Of a DNA stretch of 64,000 nucleotides, positions 25,948 to 37,730 are shown piece by piece. A model generated the notes under the pieces. The model searched no databases. It had not been told where the DNA came from and was given only the letters and a program-made list of their open reading frames with translations. Numbering within the stretch: the first letter of the stretch is position 1; every line of letters begins with the position of its first letter. The DNA comes from Eledone cirrhosa. Taxonomy: Eukaryota. The stretch is taken from the NCBI GenBank assembly GCA_964016885.1, contig OZ024762.1, positions 8,246,001-8,310,000 of the forward strand, given 5' to 3'. The position numbers and the translations under genes were made by a program.

Positions 25948-27255
25948 CTGAAAAAAAAATTGCCCTAAATTACAAACAAAACCTCATCATCATCATCATC
26001 ATCATCACCAAGAATAATAGTTAGATGATCACATCTCACTCGTATGCATTATTTGGGACATGATTTCAATGGCTGGATCATATTCCTAACACCAACCACT
26101 TTACAGAGTGTACTGGGTGCAATATTCCATGGCACCAGCACTATGTATCAAAACTATTCATTTTAAAGGATTTCTATTTAACCCTTTAGCATTTAAACTG
26201 GCCATATCTGGCCAGAATTCTCTCATCACTTTTGGTTCAAACTGGCTGTAACAAGCCACTCATACTGATGTTTAGGTATTGTTCTCAAAATCTCATAGCT
26301 TCAATATTATGCAAGATAAAGCCTTTACTGTGAAAATACAATAGCAAATATAGAGTAATGTAAATGCTCAAGGATTAAACTAAAAACTTTCCTGCATAAT
26401 TTTACTTTTGTTATTTTCCAAATGTTATCTTAATAGTGGTTTGATTTAGGTATCAGGTCAACAATTTAGGGGTAGGGTAAAGTCGATTAAATTTACACCA
26501 GTGCGTTACTGGTACTTTATTTTATCGACCCCGTAAAGATGAAAGGCAAAACTAACCTTGGTGGGATTTGAACTTAGAACGTAAAGAGACGTAACTCTAT
26601 GTCACAAAGCATGTTGTCCGACGCTCTACCGATACTGCCAATCTACTGCCCAATAATCAAATAAATAACTTTAGTAAATCACTACAAATTCCAATTAAAC
26701 CCTCTTCTTCTTTGCCCACTTATTCCTGAGAGGGTTGAGGGGGCAGAGTCCTCAAACACTTCCTCCAGTGGGTCCTGTTAGAAGCAACCATCTCTAACTG
26801 ATCTGGCTGGATCCCCAAACACGACCAGCCAAGCTCATGGATGATATCCAACTATCTTGCTCGGGGTCTAATTAAAATACAGTAACAAAAGGGTTAATTA
26901 TTCAACCATCACTGCACCAAGCAATTTCAAAATATCACAACTGATTTGGGTTAGGAATTATTTTAAGTGTATACATCTCTGTGGAATACTCAGCCATTTT
27001 ATACAATAATGGTATGACATACTAAGTAGACATGACTGGAATACTCAGCCACTTTATATAGTAATGAGATGACCAACTAAGTAGCCACACGTCTGTGGAA
27101 TACTCAGCCACTTTATATGTTAATTCATGAGTTAGACATTCTCACCAACCCCTAACTTACCTAGTTCGCAGTGCTCCCTTAACCCCTAACTTACCTGTTT
27201 TTCACCACTCCCTAAACCCCTTAAGTTACCCAGTTCCCACCGACCCCTAACTTAC

Positions 27256-27376
27256 CTGGTTCTCAATTGGCAGAACACAGTCAGCTTTGTGTGTTAATTG
27301 GTTCATGGCAAGGACACTGTTGTAAGGTGAAGTGATGACATCATCGTCGGCAGAAGGGTAGACAGAGTTGATAAAC
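27256..27376 (-). CDS. TUBE1: Epsilon-tubulin exon 7 (FINSVYPSADDDVITSPYNSVLAMNQLTHKADCVLPIENQ)
   Basis: cccag|...|gtaag boundaries, 121 nt, DDVITSPYNS motif. Confidence 0.96.
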
Positions 27377-28316
27377 CTGGGTAACATAGGGGAAAGTCGA
27401 TTAAATCAATCCCAGTGCATTACTGGTACTCTGTTTTATCAACCCCTTAAGGATGAAAGGCAAAACTAACTTCGGTGAGATTTGAACTCAGAATGTAAAC
27501 AACCATAACTCTGTGCCACTAAGCATGTTGCCTGATACTCCAATCCACTGCCTATGGTTGAATAATATCCATAAGCTTGGGTGGTCCCACATGGGTATCC
27601 AGTTGGATCATTCGGAGTAGGTTGCTTCTGATAAGAACCTCAGGAAGGCATGTCTGAGGACTCTTCCAGGAATAAGAGGATGAACAACAAGAATGACTTG
27701 CTACCAATTCATGCTCTAACGACTCCACTGATTCACTTAACCCTTTAGCATTTAAACTGGCCTTATCTGGCCAGAATTCTCTCGCCTCTTTCTGTTCAAA
27801 CCGGCTGTAACTGGCTGCTCATGCTGATGTTAAGGTATTGTTCTCAAAATATATAACATAAAAATCTCATAGATTCGATATTATGTGAGATAATTGATGT
27901 TGATACTATGGACAGAAATTCATGGAGAGCGGCTGTGAGACATTGCCTGGTGTTGTCTACCTCGGAGACACCCGCAGCACCGTAAAGACCAAAACTGGAT
28001 ATGGATGGATGGACTTATGTGAAATAAAGTGTTTACCGTGAAAATATAATTGTTTCTACTTTTGGCACAAGGCCACAATTACCCAGTGCATTACTGGTAC
28101 TTTATTTTATCGATCCTGTAAGGATGAAAGGCAAAGTTTACCTCGGCGGGATTTGAACTCAGAATGGCAAGGGCCGTAACTCTATGCGTCAAAGCATGGC
28201 GTCCGACCCTCTACCGATACTGCCAATTCACCGTGAAAATATAATAGTAAATAAAGTGTAATATAGATGGTAAAGGGTTAAGTGACCAAAAGAAAACAAT
28301 ATAAAGGTAAGCATAC

Positions 28317-28383
28317 CTGTAGACATCAGGAAATTCTTCACTGAGTAGGTCTAAAATATATGTCCCCACACCAGCACCGGTAC
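28317..28383 (-). CDS. TUBE1: Epsilon-tubulin exon 6 (GTGAGVGTYILDLLSEEFPDVYR)
   Basis: tttag|...|gtatg boundaries, 67 nt. Completes the tubulin signature GGGTGAG. Confidence 0.95.
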
Positions 28384-29065
28384 CTAAATGGTTGAAAAAA
28401 ATTCTTTAAGATGTCTCTTTATAATTTAGGAAACTGATAAGAAGAGCATCCAACCATAGAAAGCTTGCCAAACAAAGGGTTGGGAGACAACTGAGCTCCT
28501 GAAAAGACTGCTGATTGACAACCTCGAGGATGTGCTTCACACGAGACGCATGCGCTGGTATGACTATGTCGAGTGAAGGGAGGGCTGGATCAGCAAAGTG
28601 ATGAATGTCGATCCAGGAGGCAGTAGAAGCCCAGGAAAACCCCAAAAAGTCTTGGATGGAGGATGCCCATCCGGATCAAGCTAGGCTTGGCTTAGCCTGG
28701 CCCAAGTGTGACTGGCGGACAGAAAAACATGGAGTGGGACATGAAGGAGCGCTGTCAGGCAGGACCCACCTCTATTTAGGGATTGATTGGGCCCTGCATA
28801 ATCAAAACCGGATGAGGATGGTGATGATTTCAGTCATGTCAAGGACATGCTGAATGCCCTTCCTAACACCAACCATTTTACAGTATGTACTGGAAACATG
28901 GTTTCTATGGCTGGATAACCTTGCTAACATCGACTAATTTACAGTGTGGTACCAGCAGGCAGTCTTTACACAATTGTTAGGTGCTGGCATGTAGTTAAGA
29001 ACTTCCCTTTGGTTCAATTCCACTGGGCAGCACCTTGGGCAAGTGCCTTCCACTATAGTTTACAA

Positions 29066-29250
29066 CAGGGTTTCTCAAACTTTTTCAAACATGGAACCCT
29101 TTTTGGTTCATAAATTTTTTGGAGAACCCTTAAGTCTAATACTGTTATACAATCGTAATATAAATATACTCCTTTACTTTTTTTCACAGAACCCCAGAGA
29201 CTCCTTTGCAGATCCCTTGGGTTCCATGGAACCAACTTTGGGAACCATTG
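29066..29250. mobile_element. hAT (Charlie/MER5-like) MITE
   Basis: CAGGGTTTCTCAAAC...TTTGGGAACCATTG termini with internal ggaaccc/gggttcc inverted motifs. Confidence 0.6.
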
Positions 29251-29291
29251 GCCTAGAGGATGAAATTTGTCTACATGTATATCATTATCAT

Positions 29292-29331
<40 letters not shown>

Positions 29332-29793
29332 ATATATATATATATACACACACACATATATATATATACATACACACACATATATAGATCATCATTTTCA
29401 CATCAACTTTTCCATGCTGGCATGGTTGGACAGGATTTCTTGAGGCAATGTTTTACAACCAGATACCCTCCCTGACACCAACCCTATGTTTTATCTATAA
29501 ATATGTGGTTGGTGTTAGGAAGTGTACAGTGTTTGTGGCCAAACAAGGGTTTAGGAGGACCCTTCAATTTATGTCAAAAGACATGACAACTTCTCCTATG
29601 GACTTGATATGACTGTACATAAGTGGGATACAGACCCCTTAATTGATCTGTGAGGTTAGTAGCCCTGCTTCAGTATTGACTTGATCTATGTAGACCTGTC
29701 CAACCCTTGCTAGTGGGTTGGATGTTATATGATGATGATGTGTGAATATGTTGAATGTTGTGATGTATGTTAAACTAAAAGCCAGTTACTCAC

Positions 29794-29915
29794 CTCCACC
29801 CATAGAATGGATGATAAAGAAACATTGAAGACAATCACAAAATTCTGCAGCTCGTCTCACAGACTCTAGGATTGCTTCTCGATAGCGGTGGCCATACATC
29901 TTGTTTCCAACAGCC
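29794..29915 (-). CDS. TUBE1: Epsilon-tubulin exon 5 (AVGNKMYGHRYREAILESVRRAAEFCDCLQCFFIIHSMGG)
   Basis: atcaag|...|gtgag boundaries, 122 nt, CDCLQCFFIIHSMGG motif. Confidence 0.96.
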
Positions 29916-29939
29916 CTTGATGGAGAGAAAGGGAGCAAT

Positions 29940-30390
29940 ATAGTCGAGCAGAGATATAGAACTGGGAACAAGGAGGGAAATTTGGGGTAACTTCAACTAT
30001 AATAGTAGAGCAGAGATATAGAACTGGGACCAAGGAGGGGAATTTGGGGTAACCTCAACTGTAGTAGTAGAGCAGAGATATAGAACTGGGACCAAGGAGG
30101 GGAATTTGGGGTAACCTCAACTGTAGTAGTAGAGCAGAGATATAGAACTGGGACCAAGGAGGGGAATTTGGGGTAACCTCAACTGTAGTAGTAGAGCAGA
30201 GATATAGAACTGGGACCAAGGAGGGGAATTTGGGGTAACCTCAACTGTAGTACAGCAGAGATATAGAACTGGGACCAAGGAGGGGAATTTGGGGTAACCT
30301 CAACTGTAGTAGTAGAGCAGAGATATAGAACTGGGACCAAGGAGGGGAATTTTGGGTAACTTCAACTGTAGTAGAGCAGAGATACAGAAT
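29940..30390. repeat. 62-bp minisatellite, about 7 copies
   Basis: Unit gagcagagatatagaactgggaccaaggaggggaatttggggtaacctcaactgtagtagta. Confidence 0.93.
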
Positions 30391-30542
30391 TGGAGGTCGA
30401 TAAAATAAAGTACCAGTAATGCACTGGGATAATTGCTGGCTGTGCCAAAAGTAGAAACAATTATTATAAACAAATGGGGGCCCGGTGAACAGAACTTTCA
30501 ACTTCATCTCTGCCACACCACCACCACCATAATAACACTTAC

Positions 30543-30658
30543 CAGTTATTACCACTTCCAGAAACATCTGTAATGAGTTGCTGATGGTCAAACAATTCAC
30601 CTAGGGGACTTCTCAATATCTCACTGACCACACTTTCTTCCATGTCAACCAGGACAGC
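30543..30658 (-). CDS. TUBE1: Epsilon-tubulin exon 4 (AVLVDMEESVVSEILRSPLGELFDHQQLITDVSGSGNNW)
   Basis: ttgcag|...|gtaag boundaries, 116 nt, SGSGNNW motif. Confidence 0.96.
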
Positions 30659-30679
30659 CTGCAAATATAGACACACACA

Positions 30680-31325
30680 CACTGTAAAGTGGTCGTGTAG
30701 GTGTCATAACAAAAAGCACCCATCCCACACTGTAAAGTGGTTGTGTAGGTGCCACAACAGAAAGCACCCAGTCCATACTGTAAAGTGTTCATGTAGGTGT
30801 CATGATAAAAAGCATCCAGTACACACTGTAATGTGGTCGTGTAGGTCTCATGACAAAAAGCACCCAGTACCATACTGTAAAGTGTTCATGTAGGAGTCAT
30901 GACAAAAATCATCCAGTACACACTGTAATGTGGTCGTGTAGGTCTCATGACAAAAAGCACGCAGTCCATACTGTAAAGTGTCATGTAGGAATCATGACAA
31001 AAAGTTCCCAGCCCACACTGTAAAGTGTTCATATAGGAGTCACATCAAAAAGCACCCAGCATACACTGTAAAGTGGTAATGTAGTAGGTGTTACAACAAA
31101 AAGCACCCAGTGTACACTGTAAAGTGGTCGTGTAGGTGTCATGATAAAAAGCACCCAGCACACACTGTAAATGTGGTTGGCATTAGGAAGGGCGTCCAGC
31201 TGTAGAAAACTAGCCAGAAACAGTTCTGTATGAACAAGACATGGTCACCTGACCCAACTTGCCTCAAATGGGACAACCCGTCTAACCCATGCTAGCATGG
31301 AAAGTGGACGTTAAACGATGATGAT
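30680..31325 (+). repeat. Expanded SINE-B internal 48-bp array plus 3' tail
   Basis: About 10 copies of actgtaaagtggtcgtgtaggtgtcatgacaaaaagcacccag. Analogous arrays on the minus strand at 44700-45110 and 51690-52160. Confidence 0.85.
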
Positions 31326-31874
31326 ACATGATTTTATTGGAAAATACACACTAATATATACATGATTTTACTGGAAAACATACACAACCACACACACAAT
31401 TTTATTGGAAAATACATACAAACACACATACATGATCTTATTGGAAAATACACACACATAAATACAAGGTTTTATTTTAAACACATCCCCACCACTACCA
31501 TGCACTACACCAACAATCACCACCACCACAACCACCAAACTAAAAGTCACCAACACCACCATCACTACACCAACGTCATAACCACTGCTGCTGCTGGTGG
31601 TGACGGTATATGATAATGGTGGTGCTGCATGGCAGCAGTGATGGTGGTATGAGGTGGTGCTTGTATGTGGTGGTAGTGGTCATGTGTGGTGATGATGGTG
31701 GTGGTGGTGGTGATGGCAGTGGTGTGAGGTGTTGGTGGTGCATGGTAGCAGTGATGGTGGTATGTGGTGGTAGTGGTCATGTGTGATGATGGTAGTGGTA
31801 GTGGTAGTAGTGGTGTTTGTGTGTGTGTATATATATAGGGAAGGGGAAACCGACCCCACCCCCCAACATCTTAC

Positions 31875-31985
31875 CCGTGCTTTCAAAGTGTGAATCCTTG
31901 TCCTGGTGTCAACATTGATGGAAGAATCAGTGCGAGAATCAACATTACGGAAGAAACTACTCACGGCTTCATTGTAGACTCCTTT
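31875..31985 (-). CDS. TUBE1: Epsilon-tubulin exon 3 (KGVYNEAVSSFFRNVDSRTDSSINVDTRTRIHTLKAR)
   Basis: ttgcag|...|gtaag boundaries, 111 nt. SSFFRNVD and LKAR are epsilon-tubulin hallmarks. Confidence 0.96.
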
Positions 31986-34396
31986 CTGCAAGAGACAGCA
32001 ACAAAACAAAACAATAGATTTCTATGTATGGTATGGTTCTATAACTCCTGATGGAGATAGTGGGGCGCCAATAGTCACATATGGCATTTCTTGGGCATTT
32101 TAACTCCCTAGCATTTATATTACTCTTTATATACTATTGTATTGTCGTGGTAAAGGCTTTATCTTACATAATTATCTCACATAATTGTAAAGGCATGTGG
32201 CTGAGTGGTAAGAGAACTGGATTTGTAATCGTGAGGTTGTGAGTTTGATTCTTGGACTGGGTGATGCGTTATGTCCTTGGGCAAGACACTTTATTTCACA
32301 TTGCGACTGATAGAGAGTAATAGCAATTGGAAAGACCAACAGAAACACTGTTTCCTCGGTCCGATTTGACGAAAGTCGATTGACTGTCGAATATTGAATC
32401 TACGAGATTTTGATGTTATTTATTTTTAGAACAATACCTTAACCTCAGTATGAGTGGCCATTTACAGCTGGTTTGAACAGAAAGAGGAGAGAGAAGTGGA
32501 CAGGTGCAGCCGGTTTAAATGCCAAAGGGTTAAACCAGCCATATCTGGCCAGAAATCGCTCACCTTTTTCTGTTCAAACCAGCCATAACTGGCTGCTCAT
32601 ACTGATGTTAAGGTATTGTTCTCAAAATAAATAATAACAAAATCTCATAGATTCAATATTAAGTGAAATAAAGCCTTCACTACGAAAATATAGTAGTATA
32701 TATAGAGTAATGTAAATGCTAAAGGGTTAAGCCTGGTGGAGCCCATTCCTCTGCAGGACTAAATAAAGCAGATTTCTTCCAGAGAAGGATAAAAAGTGGG
32801 AGAGAGGAAGTGAGAAAAAGATAAAAAAGAAGAATCGACCCTGGTACTAGACTGGAAATGTTTTTTTTATCAACCTTGAAAGGATGAAAGGCAAAGTTGA
32901 CCTTCGCAGGATTTGAATGCAGAGAACAGAGAGCTGGAGCGAAGACCACAAAGCATTCTATCTAACGTTCAAACGACTCTGCCAATAGATTTCTATGTAT
33001 GGACCTGTAACTCCTGATGGAATGGCAGGAGTGACATCAGAGTACCCAGCATGTATTGGCCATATTACATCTGGTCAGTGATTCCCAACATGGGTCAGCC
33101 TTGTCACTGAGTCACGCTGAATCTGCGCAACCCCCTCTCCCCAAGAATCACGTTAAAAGAAACGTCCCTGGAGTGCTCAACCACTTGCACGTTAATTTCC
33201 TGAGCAGGCTGTTCCGTTGATCAAACCATTGTCGAAACCGACGGAGGTCCACTCCAAATATATAATACCTCCCTTATTCTCTCATATATTTATCGGATTG
33301 ATGTTCATTACAAGAGATTTCCTAACGAATTTCCTGTTCTTCAGACAAACAAAACTATTTTTGTTTATTTAAATGTACCTTTAGTAAGAAAATTTTCACA
33401 AAATAAGTTATTTCCCTTTAAATGAAATAATTTGTTACCTCCCTTTTATTTCCCTCTCCCTCTACTAATCTATCTACCTACCTACCTATCCACCAATCTA
33501 TTTATCTACCTACCTACCAATATATCTATCTATTTAACTACCAATCTATACACACACCTTATCATCATTACCTGGCAGTGTGGGAAGATACGGAGGTGAT
33601 AACAGTTACTACAGGCGCCATGACATATGTTTTAGGGTGTTAGAGAGCTTGGGTGGGTCTTGGGTAGAGAGGGAGGATGAGTGGTGATCCTGGATAGAGA
33701 ATGTGCGGTGATGTAGAGTGGATGTATAGTGATGCTGAGAATGGCTACTACGGGAGTCGGAGCTGAAGGTGTACGAGGTGTCATGATTGTGAGGATAGCA
33801 ACTAAGGAGTTATATAGTGGGTGGAAGAGAGAGGAGATATTGATGGGGCAGATTGGTCTTCACCAACAAAGTATGTCGTCAATCATTGCGGGCCTTTGAC
33901 ATCTTTGTTGTGAAGTCCAACCAACTTTTTATGATCAGCCCATACTACTTTGTCCCAACCATGTCATCTTGGGTCTCCCTCTTCCATGAGTTCCACCCCC
34001 TGAGATTACTCGGCATTTCTTTATACAGTAAAAAACTTGTCTCACAAAACCACAGGTTGTTCTTGAGATGATTGACTAAATACGGCCGTGTCCTAACATG
34101 GCCACAGTCTATAACTAAATAAGGCGGTGCCCTAGCATGGCCACAGTCTATGACTAAATAAGGTGGTGCCCTAGCATGGCCACAGTCTATTAACTAAATA
34201 AGACAGTGTCCTAATATGGTCTCAGTCTACTAAATAAGATGGTGCCCTAGCATGGCCACAGTCTACTGACCAAATAAGGCAGTGCCCTAGCATGGCCAGT
34301 CTATTGACTAAAACCAGTGAAAGTGTTTTATCATGAAGAGATAAGCCCTATAGTACAAAGGGTTTGAAATATAAGATGTAAACAGAAGTAACCTAC

Positions 34397-34470
34397 TTTG
34401 TTAGTTCTAGCATGTTCCTGGAGAGCTAAATCCCAGAACTGACGTCCAATTTGGTTTCCACATTGGCCAA
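34397..34470 (-). CDS. TUBE1: Epsilon-tubulin exon 2 (VGQCGNQIGRQFWDLALQEHARTNK)
   Basis: ttctag|...|gtagg boundaries, 74 nt, tubulin GQCGNQIG motif. Confidence 0.96.
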
Positions 34471-35256
34471 CTAGAATAAAGACAATATAATTAATTACAC
34501 AAAGATTACCTTTACTTTTCGTTACTTCATCTTACAGTCCATTTTACATTGTTTGGCCTTCTATCTCTTTCAATGTTATATATTATATACAATGCTTCAA
34601 GCAAACTACATTATATATATATTATGGAATACTGTTGGCTTTTTTGCTACAATATTTTCTATACCTTTCATTTATATACACCCAGTCCACATTGTAAATG
34701 TGGTTGGGGTAGGGAGGGCATCCAGCTGTAGAAACTAAGCCAGAAACAGTTCTGTGAGAGCAAGATACGGTCACCTGATCTGACTTGTCTCACAACGCCA
34801 GGACAACTCGTCTAACCCATGCTAGCGTCGAAAAATGAATGCTAAACTATGATGATGATGTCAGTTTTTACCACATCATCCCAAGCTTTTCTAGGTTTTC
34901 ATTCCGTAATTCTCATCAACTTTGAACCCTCTGCATTTATTTATGAGGCTTTAATCTTTTATATGCATGACATGTCCATACCAATGTAGTCTCCTCTCCA
35001 CCACACTGTAAATTGCTAACACTATGGAGGTTGTCATGTCTTTATATATTTATATGTGTGTGTACAGGTCAGGGTGGAGGCACGTGACCTAGTGGTAAGG
35101 GTGTTGGACTTATGATCATAATGTTGTGGGTTCGATTCCTGCGTTGTGTGTTGTGTTCTTGAGCAAAACACCTCATTTCACGTTGCTCCAGTCTACTCAA
35201 TTGGCAAAAATGAGTTGTATCTGCAATTCGAAGGGCCAGCCTTATATATAGAAATA

Positions 35257-35305
<49 letters not shown>

Positions 35306-36074
35306 GTCAGTTTGTTTCCTGGACTGGGTTGCATGTGTTGTTCTTGAGCAAAACACTTCATTTTTCCTCTCGTTGCTCTAGTATACTCAGCTGAAAATGA
35401 GTACGAGCAATAGCTGGGGGTTTAACCCTGCGATAGACTGGCACTCTCAGTCTTTTACTCTATCGCTTCATGCTATGAAACCGGGATAAGCACCGGCCAA
35501 TTGAGACTCCTGGCTTAAGACAGACTTTAGACTTTTTTTTAGTACAGGTCAGGTCAGGTTTCTGCCCGCTACTGGTTCCATGTAACCCAATACAACCTGC
35601 TTAATGTTCGAGTGGTCGGTGACTAAACTGGCTCTCCAAACATACCTTGATCCAGTGAAGAGAGTACGTGGATTCCCAGCAGTACAAGAAAACAAAACAA
35701 ATGCTGTTAAAAAGGTAGATGAACTCCCCAGAGTCAACAGCCATCCACCCAACTATAGGTTAAATAGCTCCACCAATCTGCAATTGGCCAATGTAGTCTC
35801 CTCTTCACCATACTGTAAACCGCTAACACTATGGAGGTAGTCATGTCTATATTTACTTATACGTGTGTGTGTGTATAAGACTTGACCCAAACCAAACAGA
35901 AAGCAGTAGAGGTCAATTAGGGAGGCGTTCCTCCAACAGGAGTGACAAGGCCCTGCATTGGATTGGTATAGTGTCTACAGTTGGCTTTAGGATTTGAGTT
36001 TATGGCTAGGGGTTGAACGTTGTAGTTGTATTGAAATTTCTTTCCAATATTCAAAGCGCATGCACGAAAACAAA

Positions 36075-36411
36075 AAATGAATCGAAGCATCTATTTGTTT
36101 TGAAGCATAAACTAGTTGAGAGTGAAACTGTGCATAAGAGGGCTAAACTGTAGTGTGCAGGAGAGAAGACTGCGCTGGTATAGACATATGATGTACATGG
36201 AAGATGACTGATGGGTGAAGAAGTGCCAGGTGATCCCAATGGCAGGAAGACCACGAAAAACATGGGCGGAGGTGGTGAGAGCTGAGCTCAGATCGCTGAA
36301 GCTCACAGAGGAGATGACGAAGGACCGTGACGAATGGAGAGATGCTGTGCTGAATAGAATCCGTCCCACCCACGCAAGAAAAAGCGGAGGTAAAATGATG
36401 ATGATGATGAT
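36075..36411 (+). mobile_element. RTE-clade LINE 3' end
   Basis: RRLRWYRH...GRPRKTWAEVVRAELRSLKLTEEMTKDRDEWR with an (ATG)n tail. Homologous piece at 4737-4898(-); more RTE scraps at 6140-6340, 23390-23600 and 28420-28830. Confidence 0.8.
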
Positions 36412-36496
36412 CTCGGTAAATCTATAGAAGAAGCCCCTCTCCCAATTTCAGTTTGAAATTTTTTCCTCCTTGGAATTTCCACAGGTCGCGCTAGTA

Positions 36497-37349
36497 CAGG
36501 GTGGTCCGAAAGTCTTGTCACATATTGTTTTGACTTTCATTATTCTGAGTTCAAATCCCGCCGAGGTTAACTTTGCCTTTCATCCTTACGGGGTCGATAA
36601 AATAAAGTACCAGTAATGCACTGAGTAAGTGCTGGCCTTGTGCCTAACGTAGAAACAATTATTTGGTCTGAGTTCAAATCCCGCCTGGGTTAACTTTGCC
36701 TTTCATCCTTACGGGGTCGATAAAATAAAGTACCAGTAATGCACTGGGTAATTGCTGGCCTTGTGCCAAAAGTAGAAACAATTATTTTTTGTTTTAATAA
36801 TATAATATATAATTGTTTCTACTTTTTGGGACAAGGCCAGCAATTACCCAGTGCATTACTGGTACTTTATTTTATCGACCCCGTAAGGATGAAAAGCAAA
36901 GTTAACCTCGGCGGGATTTGAACTCAGACCATAAAGGGCCGTAACTCTATGCGTCAAAGCATGGCGTCCGACCCTCTACCGATACTGCCAATAATATATA
37001 ATAATAATAATAATAATAATTTTGCCTTTCATCCATACGGGGTCGATAAAATAAAGTACCAGTAATGTATTGGGTTATTGCTGGCCTTGTGCGAAAAGTA
37101 GAAACAATTATATAATAATAATAATATAATTTTCTATTTCATAGCTCCTACATTTTGGAAGAGAGGCGGCTTGCAAGTGTATGGACACATGATCGTGTGT
37201 ATTCTAGTAATAGGATGGAGGATGTGTGACATTACTTCACTGCAAGATTCGGCAAACCAGCTCCTCCGAAGAGGACGATACTGCGATCGGAACTTAAACG
37301 TTTCTCATTACTTTTTGGTAGGGGTTGACAAGACTTTCGGACCACCCTG
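36497..37349. mobile_element. Tc1/mariner-type MITE in TUBE1 intron 1 with nested SINEs
   Basis: Perfect 24-bp TIR CAGGGTGGTCCGAAAGTCTTGTCA (36497-36520 and 37326-37349), flanked by TA on both sides. Confidence 0.88.
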
Positions 37350-37385
37350 TACATGAATATACTGTTAGTAAAATTATAAATTCAC

Positions 37386-37410
37386 CTTGAATTATAATGG
37401 ATTGTGTCAT
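37386..37410 (-). CDS. TUBE1: Epsilon-tubulin coding exon 1 (MTQSIIIQ+G)
   Basis: Minus strand reads ATG ACA CAA TCC ATT ATA ATT CAA G|gtgaa, matching the epsilon-tubulin N-terminus MTQSVVVQV. 25 nt, phase-compatible with exon 2. Confidence 0.93.
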
Positions 37411-37629
37411 GAAAGTAATTTAACAAATAATATATATATATATATGACAATAGTTCAGTACAACAGTAAAGTTTCAAGTGTTACTCCGATAAATAGCCCA
37501 CGACTCCAGTAAATAGTTTAGTATATTCCAATACTCCAGTAAAACTCCGATAAATAACCCAACACTCCAATAAATATTCCAGAATACTCCAATAGAATTA
37601 AACTAAAAGACATTCAGTTTTGTATAACT

Positions 37630-37730
37630 AAAAGTTATTCAACTTTGGCGGCCATGTCAGGAAAAATATGACAACAGGAAGTGACGTCACATCTCTCATA
37701 GCAACCAAACATATCTGCAGCCAGGTATTT
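37630..37730. promoter_or_regulatory. Putative TUBE1 core promoter (YY1-like, ETS-CRE composite, RFX X-box half-site)
   Basis: About 250 nt upstream of the ATG: GGCGGCCATGT (37647-37657), CAGGAAGTGACGTCAC (37675-37690) and CATAGCAAC (37697-37705) cluster in an otherwise AT-rich stretch. Confidence 0.65.

Noticed and set aside
28366-28383. Tubulin signature GGGTGAG instead of GGGTGSG
   Set aside because: Ala is within the accepted [SAG]GGTG[SA]G pattern, and the frame is intact throughout, so this is not a sign of pseudogenisation.
30680-31180. Regular ~48-bp repeats resembling a CRISPR array (also 29940-30390, 9345-9870, 49300-50350)
   Set aside because: Units are contiguous with no unique spacers, the context is eukaryotic and no cas genes are present. 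The 48-bp unit is a SINE-internal module.
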